DNA of 62,239 nt, counting the filler, from Jimgerdemannia flammicorona (taxonomy: Eukaryota), in the NCBI GenBank assembly GCA_003990765.1. It is 3 parts of 3 records of this genome, joined end to end, with 100 filler letters (N's around TTAATTAATTAA, not from the genome) between each part and the next. Parts side by side here need not be neighbours in the genome. Positions count along the whole stretch, not along the records: positions 41,562 to 62,239 come from RBNJ01001616.1; 2 more parts are not named here. One strand, 5' to 3'. The notes under the pieces were generated by a model. That model was not told where the DNA came from. It did no database searches and was given only the letters and a program-made list of their open reading frames with translations. Of the stretch, positions 54,143 to 62,239 are shown one piece after another. The translations under genes were made by a program, and so were the position numbers. Numbering within the stretch: position 1 is the stretch's first letter; each line of letters starts with the position of its first letter.

Positions 54143-56285
54143 CTACCATGTAGGCCGCGAGTCGTACTTGGCCATTTCCATTACCCTCCAGCCACTCGTT
54201 ATCGGGTTTTGAACATCATCTGGATGCTTCGTTAGCACGCAGGCGTATGTTACTTGCTCGATATGATCCTGAACGATGGATTTTGATGAAGATAGAGAAA
54301 GAGGGAGATGCAAGATAATAAGAAATCACGCTGATGCTTCGATTAAATCCCGTACTCGGTAAACCTATTCTTTCGCCCTTCCAGGTATATATTTCAAGTA
54401 TATTTCCTGCAAGTGCACAATCGACTGTATCTCAATTCACAGAAAGGAAATATTGAACCAACATACCTCCTTGCCATATTTAATCATTCCCGTATTACCG
54501 TCTCTAAAAAGAATCACCTCTTGGGTTCTGAACGACAGGACCAGAACCGGGACATCATTGTCTAAGATTTTGGCCGTCAACAACTACCAAATGATACATG
54601 ACATATATATACAAAAAAAATCGGAAAGGTTTGTTTAGGTGAAGGAGTATTAAAACATCTGCCTTTCGGCGACGCACGGGTTATTGTCGACGTCACGATT
54701 TGAATATTGCAATCCGCAACATCCGAGAGACCATCCTTTCGCTACCCTCAAACCGAAAGACAAAAACAAGAACTCACGTCAACATCTCGTAGATCCAGAA
54801 TCTTGCAGTCGCTCACAACATTTTCCTGCATTTGCGCCTGGGCCACACCCGTCAGGACGCTATATGCCTAGTGTACATGAAAGTTCGGAAGGTGCGTAAA
54901 AATTAGCTTCAATATGGATTTCTTTTCTATCCTTTGTCTGATATTACAACATCCTTGCTCACCGCCTCCGAGCACCATTCCCGCAATGTTTCAAAGTCAC
55001 TCTTGAGGTAAGCGTCCAACAACTCCGGGATGATATATCCGCGCGCTTCCTTCATAAAGCTCTCCATATTGAATCGTGGGTCGATCAATTGTAACGCCTT
55101 AATTGCCTGTGCTTGGTCGGATTCCTCAAATAGAGAACCTAAGAATGGCAGAAGGTGAAACCCAAACCCGACGTTTAAGAAATAGGGACTTTGCATAGTA
55201 GTGATTTCAAGAGGGGGAGGGGGAGGGGAGGAGGGAAATTGGAATACTAGTACATACCGAACGTGTCCTGGACACGATCCGTGAAGGCGCGGGTATATGA
55301 AATAAAAATGTTATCACTCTCTTGGTAAGATTTGCCAGCTCGAAATACACCTGCAAAGGAAGAAAAAGGTATCAATCCTGGTACTATTTACTACATGCAG
55401 ATCAAACATACACATTCCCTATGACGTACCTTGAATGAATGAATTGTTCTCTTTAAAATTGTTCCAACTCTCCTTCCACGCCGAATCCTTGTGAATCACG
55501 ATCGACGAGCCGGCGTTCGGATCCGCCTCAACGTGTCTGCTGTGATGTCCCTGGGTGGTGTTACCGGGCCCGTCACCTGACGCGGCTTTCTTACGTAGTT
55601 TCCGTCGCGTCTCCTTATCAACGTAACCCGTGTACCTGCCTGACGAATCCTGAGCAACTGTTTTGACAGATTCAGATATTTTACCCACGACGGGGTTCTT
55701 TGTCAACGGCTCGGCGGCTTTTGAGACCGTCTCACCGGCCCTCTTCAACTTCTCTTGCGTCTCCTTCACGAATTCAGCTTCTGATGCTTCCTTGAATGTT
55801 TGTGAGACGGTCTCGCCGACTTGCGACGCGGCTTTTGAGATTGTTTCGGACGCCTGTTTGAACTTCTCGGCGCCAATATGTGTTGTCGATGCGGTGCCCT
55901 CCTGAAAAGTGAAAAGAACGAGAAACACGTGTTCAATAACAAGAAGCCAGACTTGTCGATGCAAGAAAATAACAACAGCTCGACATACCTTGGCCTTCTC
56001 AAAGACCTCTTTTGCCCTTTTCAAGGTGTCGCTTTCGGCCATTTTCCCCGTCTCATCCTGGAGCTGCTTGATGTTCTGCTGGATGTCCTTGTTCTTTTTC
56101 AATTGCTCTTTGAATACATCAATGAAGGCTTTGACTGGGGAGGTGTAGTGACGGACGGCGGTGGCGGTTGTGGAGGAGACACGTAACGAAGTTGGGGTTT
56201 TTACCAATAGCAAGGTTCGTGAGGATCGAGCAGGCACAGTATTGAGGAATGGACGTGAGGATGTGAGAAGCCTGTATGCGAACAT
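54143..56285 (-). CDS. TIM44: Mitochondrial import translocase subunit Tim44 (multi-exon)
   Basis: Presequence; SPVKAFIDVFKEQLKKNKDIQQNIKQLQDE; HKDSAWKESWNNFKE; IDPRFNMESFMKEARGYIIPELLDAY..EWCSEA; VPVLVLSFRTQEV; GWRVMEMAK..TW*. Confidence 0.95.
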
Positions 56286-56443
56286 GGTGTGCGGAGAGAG
56301 CAGTGCGGTTGATACCGGAAAGAGGAAAGAGGAAAGAGGAAAGAGTCATTCCAAAAGATTTTTTGCGCCGTCACCCCAAGCCACCCACAATTCCCCATTA
56401 GTTCATTATTCCTTTAGTCCATTAGTGCGCGTCCGATTTAAAC

Positions 56444-58112
56444 ATGGCCTACAACCCTCAGTTTCCACACCCAAAGGCAAAGCTCTTCTTGTCGCACTCC
56501 TCCTTTTCAGCAAAGAATCCTCGCCACCAGGCGATAATATCGACCCACCCCTTCAACCACGAGGTGAGCCCTCCCCCTCCTCTCTCTCGCAACTCAGTAT
56601 TGCCATAGTACTGAGCTGACCGCCTACCTTTTTACAGGCCGAGGTCTTCTTACCAAACACATCCATAAAAGATATCGAAAAGATCTTTGATGGGATAAGT
56701 GGGTTTTACTATCGGGTGGACTTGCCTCTGTCCTTCTTCCTCAGTCAGAAAGTCATTAACCAGTACGTAAGATCTGGTAAGGTGGCCATGGGTCTGGCCC
56801 GGTACAACGCAGAGATGAGTTTAATTACAACTTCAAGACTAAGCCACTCTATCCTTTGTCAGGAAATCTGATAGCACAGAGTATCGGAGGTGGAATTGAT
56901 ACGGACGATGTCGTAGCTCTAGAAGGAAATGGTACCACGCCACATCCTGATGTAGTGCTGCTATTCAGCCCCATTTTTTTTTTTTTTTGGTTCCTTCATC
57001 TAATCATCGAAACCCATATACATGTACAGGAAACCTTATCCTTAGTGTCACCAAAGATACGTACGAGCAGCTTGGATTGCCCGGGAAAGCAGCTCAATTC
57101 GGACCTGACAAACAGCGATTCGGTACGTTGTTTTTGTGTTTCCTGTATTGATTTTTCCGGTTGGGCTTGGGACGGTCAAACTCAGCAGTACCCCTCTCGC
57201 TTCAGTTGTCCAAATCGACTTGACGGCAAAGTCAATGGTTCCCGGGAAGAAAGGCTACGATCGGATAAAATGGTGCTTTGAAAACACTCTCAACAAGAAG
57301 TTCACATTTTTCATCGCCTCGGTCAATTCTTGTAAGTTGTTTTGCCAGATGCCACATTTTCCACATTTATTGGTATCTCGATATTCAGTGTACAATTTAA
57401 CAGCAACAGGTGTCACTGAAGAAATAGAGTTCCCGGGCGAAGTCGAGCCGAGCAAGATACCTTTGAAGAGGACACTGCACGAATCAAGGGGTATCTTGAT
57501 CCCCGACCTCAATGGTATCAAAACCATCTCGACGGAGGACGAATGGAAGCAGGAAGCGCTCGACTTTTATGAGTGGTTGGGTTTGGCCAGTTTGCGAGCG
57601 AGAAGGTATGCGCCTTTCTTCATCTTATCGTATGTCAAGTTCATCTCTTCGCCAATGCTCGAAAATCGTCATCCGTGCAACTGAATCAATGGCAAAATGT
57701 ACAGAATAACATCAAGCGATCGTGTAGATCCGTTCGTTTCATTATACCGATCGCCCGAGCCCAATTCGATAGGAAACGGATGCACAATACGATGGACTGG
57801 CTTCATACCAACCTTCCTTCTAGAACAAATTCTCGTTATATTACGGTATACTTGTATTTTACTTCAATCACGGCAGCCTCATCCTTAATACTGGCTTACC
57901 ACATTTGTGCTTATTCCAGCCAAAATCTAAATCCGACACATGCGCTCTGGGCATCCTTCACTGTCTGGGGTTTCCAAGACTCGCCTATCTCGTGGCGGCA
58001 TCAAGAGCATGGGCACCTCGTCAGCGGCGAGAACCATTACACCTTTGTGACATGGCCGGACGAGACGTATGTGTTGTATCAACAGCTGGGAACTTTGGAT
58101 GCGTATTCGTGA
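56444..58112 (+). CDS. RPP40: RNase P/MRP subunit p40 (multi-exon)
   Basis: HPFNHE; GGGIDTDDVVAL; LSVTKDTYEQLGLPGK; PGKKGYDRIKWCF; DFYEWLGLA; DRVDPFVSLY; WASFTVWGFQDSPISW..HGHLVSGENHYTF. Confidence 0.9.
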
Positions 58113-59400
58113 GCGGATGGTGCGGGACATGATATTTGACGAGGAAGATGGCGGATTGGGCAAATTGTTGGAGAATAACGGTAATAGTAAATAGTTTGCA
58201 TCAGATCACAGTGACGTGTTGACATGGGAATTTTTTGTTATTTCTGAATAAATAATAGTTCATAATCTTAAGTTATAATAATGCTGTAACTGTATACCTC
58301 TGTCAATAAAATATATTATTTATATAGTATAAGTTTTGTAACCTCCTTTTTAAAAATAAATAAAAATTATATCAATCTTTATTAATATTATAAAAATATT
58401 ATAAGAAATAATATAGTAAATTAAATATACTCTTAGCTTAATTTAAATAAAAAAATAAAATAAAATAAAAAATTATTTAATAAACTTATCTATATTCAAT
58501 AAACTTATTTATATTTAATATAAAAATAATTAAATCAATATTATCTATTCTAATTTATAAAATTACTAATAGTAGCTAAAAAAAAAAAATCTATTTAAGA
58601 ATAATAATTATATATTTTAATAAATAGCTTATATTAATATTATCTTTTAACTATTTTATATTTAAATATAAAATAAATATTTTTTTAATTAATAAATTAT
58701 ATAAATATAGTATTTTGTAAAAAAAATAAAAATAAAAAATAAAAAATAAAAATTATTAAGCTAGTTTAGAGTATCATATTATAGATTAAATGTACTATAC
58801 TTTTATTAGTGATCTTGTAAGTAAGTAATATTTGTATATTGAGATTTTATTTACTATACCAATCTAGAGAGAAGCTTCTCAAATATCAACAACTTTTAGA
58901 ATATTTCATTTTTATCTAACTTTTAGTAATAAATATATATATTCTTATCTAACAAAAAGATGAAGAGTTCATCCCTCTATTGCTTGAAAAATCTCAAACA
59001 GACTTTAATGATAAAGTATTCTAAACATCAGATTAAAAAAACAAACTATCTTAAAAGAGGAGTGAGTGTTTTCAGAAAAGTGAGAGACTTGGCTTAGGGG
59101 AGGGGTCAAGGTTGTAATAGAGATAGTATACAAATTTATATTAAAGGTAATTTTTTATTTTTTATCCTTCCTTTTTGAGCTGAATAAAATAAAGTAATAG
59201 ATATATATCAATAATAGATATCTGGAGACTGTAGGGAGAAAAGATACCAAAGTATATAAGCTATTATATTTAAATCTTAGCTCATAAAACAACTTTACTA
59301 GACTGTTTTTGTTAGTTATTTTAGATTTGTCAATATTACTTTATATTTATTTATTTATTTAGATAGTTACAATAAATAACTTAGAAGAGAGCATCTTATT

Positions 59401-59750
59401 TAGTGCTCTGCAAATCTGATCTAATTAACTCAAAACCCAACCTATAAAACAACTAACCTGGAATTACATATATAATCTGTCTTTAACCCAATCTAGAAAT
59501 ATATATCACTCATCTTTAACCTAACTCATATATATCACCTATCTTTAATCTAACCCAGAATTAAATATCACCCATCTTTAATCTGACCTGGAAATATATA
59601 TCACTTGTCTTTAACCCAACTTGAAATTATATATAATCTATCTTTAACCTAATCTAAGAAATATATATAATCTGACTTAAGAAATATATGTGACCTAACT
59701 CTGATCTGATCCTGATCTTATATAGATCTGTCTTTAATCTACCTTTAAGC
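59401..59750. mobile_element. hAT-like terminus with ~40-bp degenerate subterminal tandem repeats
   Basis: Starts TAGTGCTCTG (compare TAGTGCTCTC at 6624); repeats of TATATCACCCATCTTTAACCCAACCTGGAA type. Confidence 0.5.
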
Positions 59751-59929
59751 TATAAGGTATAAAAAATATATATTATATATCTAAGATATATATTTAGAAT
59801 AAATAAATAAAAATATAATTAAGAATCAGAAATTAAAATAAAATTAGAAATAAATAAGAAATAAATTAGAAAAATAAAGAACTTACTAGTATGAATAGAT
59901 CTTACTCTTTATTGCTATAAACCAACTGA

Positions 59930-60290
59930 TCCTCCTCCTTCTCATATTCCAAACTATCTTCCTTCATATATTCTAAACTACTTTTCTCTATATTCTCCTT
60001 CTCTATATTATTCTCCTCTATATTCTTCTCTGTACTAATCTCTTCTACACTAACCATACTGACCTTATGTTTCTCTATGCCAACCTCCTCTGCACCAACC
60101 TCTCTACACTGATCTCTCCTATATTGATCTTCTCTATACCAACCTCTCCCATATCAACCTCTTCTATACTAACCTTCCCTGTGCTGACCTCTCTATACTA
60201 ACCTCTCCACCAACCTCTCTATCAGCACTAACCTCTTCACTAGTACTAATCTCTCTCATCTCTCTATCTTCTCTACTACCATCTCTCTCT
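59930..60290. repeat. Degenerate ~15-bp pyrimidine-rich tandem repeat (CCTCTCTATACTAA-like)
   Basis: Visible periodic repeats. Confidence 0.6.
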
Positions 60291-60449
60291 TTCTTGATAT
60301 CAATCAAATATACTAGTCTGCTATTTATTAGTCACATATAAAGTATTTTATCATTCTTCATCAATACTTATTCAAATATGACCAGTAGTTTTTTGTATTC
60401 ATCTATGATGATAATTCTATCTAGACAATCTCACTTATTCTATACTTTG

Positions 60450-62239
60450 TGTAAGTGCACAACCTCCAAGCCACTGAAATTACACATTACCCTCTGAACA
60501 AGCCACCGAAATTACACGTGACCTCCAAACAAATCTGGAAATCACCTGCTTGATCACGAAGCTGAGTCAAACTGAAGTCACAGTGCACAAAGCTGAGTCA
60601 ATACGAAGTCACAGAATACAAGATTTACACAAACAGAATCTTACCAATCAGGACCAAATACATATATACCAAGCACCGAGATGCATCGAATCAGAAAACC
60701 AAAACAAACAACAACCACAACTTCCAAACACACAAACATGACCACTGAGATCTACAACCATATCCGTGCTGATATTTGGAATGCCATTATCAACCGAGCC
60801 ACACCCCCTCTACCCCTTATGAATATCCATAGCCTAGCACCCCTCTACTTCATGGAAGCCTGATGGAATGCCCTGAACATGCTTAGCGAGGCCCACCGAA
60901 TTGGACAAATCTCAAGCTACTACCAGATCGGCCACCTCCTGGAAGATATGGTCGAACACCACCACGATACAGACATTACCCAGATGTCTCAACACCAGAA
61001 GCTCATCGCCTGCAAACATCGAGAACTCTTCTATGAGTACAACATCTTTATTCCCCACCTCCAAGTCACTACCAGCGAAATGGTTACTACCCTGTCCTAT
61101 GGCCAAATCGATGACATGATACAAGAACTCAACCACAAGTACCTCGAATATGTCCAGACCACAGACAGAACCTTCCCGCACCCTGATGACCATATTCTGC
61201 AAATACCTCAAGTCAGATATGCTATGAAGGATGTCTACGATATAATCCACTTCGATGAAGATGAAGCAGAAGACAATGATCCCTCTGATGCTGACATGAC
61301 CTCTAGCCAAGGATCTCTACCAACTCTGATCATACCGCCAAACTTGCCGATAAACTTGCAATAGTTCATAACTGCATACGAGATTTATTGGGACAATGAC
61401 CACTGGCATGAATACCAATCCGCATTTACTCCCAATTACTTCAATTACAATGAAGAGACCGAAGAACACAACCTGTATCTTCAGACAACCCTCGAGATCG
61501 AACCAACCACTCCACCACCCGAGTACGAGTGACATGAACTACAGCTGCCAGCATATTATAACCCTGCAACTCATAGTGCCGTAACCTATAGAAGGTATGC
61601 AGATAGTGAATCTGATGAAAGCGAAGACAATACACCCATCCTTCATCCACCAATACCTTATCCAGCCTACGAGACAGACGATGCTATCCTGTGGGACGGA
61701 GATAAAGTCCCAATGTATTACTACCTCAGCCAACAAGGAGAAGTAATCTGCGAACCACTCTTCCTAGACAACTACTTCATCAGAGATAATGCAATCGATG
61801 GTGATGTCATCGAGGACTACCCAGACAGCGCCTAAACCCATAAATAGCCTAGCAGTCATAGTATAGTTAGATTAGCATTATACGACGTGACTGTGAACTG
61901 ACTCAGCAGTCAGACGATCTCTTGATATGTCAGATCACACTTGTACTACGTGACTGCATTCCAACTCAGCAAGGTACTTAGTGCTACATCCATATTCAGC
62001 ATAGTCCAGATAGCCCTTCACTAGTATAAATACCCCCTCCCCCAGACCTCAGAATCTCAGACTTAAACAATCCGAACACAACTCCTGAGCACTTCCTCAC
62101 AATATCCCTTTACACAACTACTCCTAGTATAGCAATATCATGAATAGCAAATAAACCTATTCCATAACCCATAAACCACTCTTAAGTAAATCCACTCCCT
62201 GTTAGGTCCCACTCCTAACCCCATCACGAAATTTCCTAA
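60450..62239 (+). mobile_element. Probable long LTR (>1.79 kb, runs off the window) containing an ORF
   Basis: Begins TGTAAG at a composition switch; short direct repeats at 60470-60610; ORF; TATAAATA at 62025; AATAAA at 62150. Same layout as 30986-32438. Confidence 0.6.
60738..61835 (+). pseudogene. LTR-encoded ORF B, 365 aa with three premature stops, acidic/Pro-rich C-terminus
   Basis: One frame from ATG 60738 to TAA 61835, with stops at 60861 (TGA), 61362 (TAG) and 61530 (TGA), each explainable by a single C>T. Confidence 0.7.

Noticed and set aside
58250..58800. Extremely AT-rich tract suggestive of a centromere or origin
   Set aside because: More simply explained as terminally decayed repeat; no diagnostic feature.
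59440..59750. Regularly spaced repeats resembling a CRISPR array
   Set aside because: Degenerate tandem units without unique spacers, eukaryotic context, no cas genes.
61613..61630. Other CTGATGA occurrences (61613, 61183, minus strand near 33441 and 43350)
   Set aside because: No stem II plus GAAA plus UH arrangement; not hammerheads.

Overview
Eukaryotic, intron-rich fungal DNA. The gene set and style suggest Mucoromycota, possibly Endogonales (inference). The window is three contigs joined by two 100-nt N/TTAATTAATTAA spacers (20682-20781, 41462-41561), so adjacency across them is not established. CpG-rich gene islands alternate with CpG-free, TpA-rich transposon debris. Genes: a stand-alone 2H phosphoesterase, a DUF1624-like membrane pseudogene, a multi-exon TM/coiled-coil/TPR/J-domain gene, ERG3, APC4, NBAS/Sec39, mL40, TIM44 and RPP40. 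Mobile DNA: several decayed Ty3/Gypsy elements, including a full-length chromovirus (35046-41117) nested in an older element, both carrying dUTPase at different positions; hAT-like MITEs; and a three-copy poly(A) retroposon. The most notable observations are (1) two different long LTRs that each carry a homologous, uncharacterised acidic-tailed ORF upstream of their TATA box, (2) a complete type III hammerhead ribozyme at 14925-14985, (3) two nested dUTPase-bearing retrotransposon lineages, and (4) RIP-like CpG plus CpA transition hypermutation, visible by comparing repeat copies.
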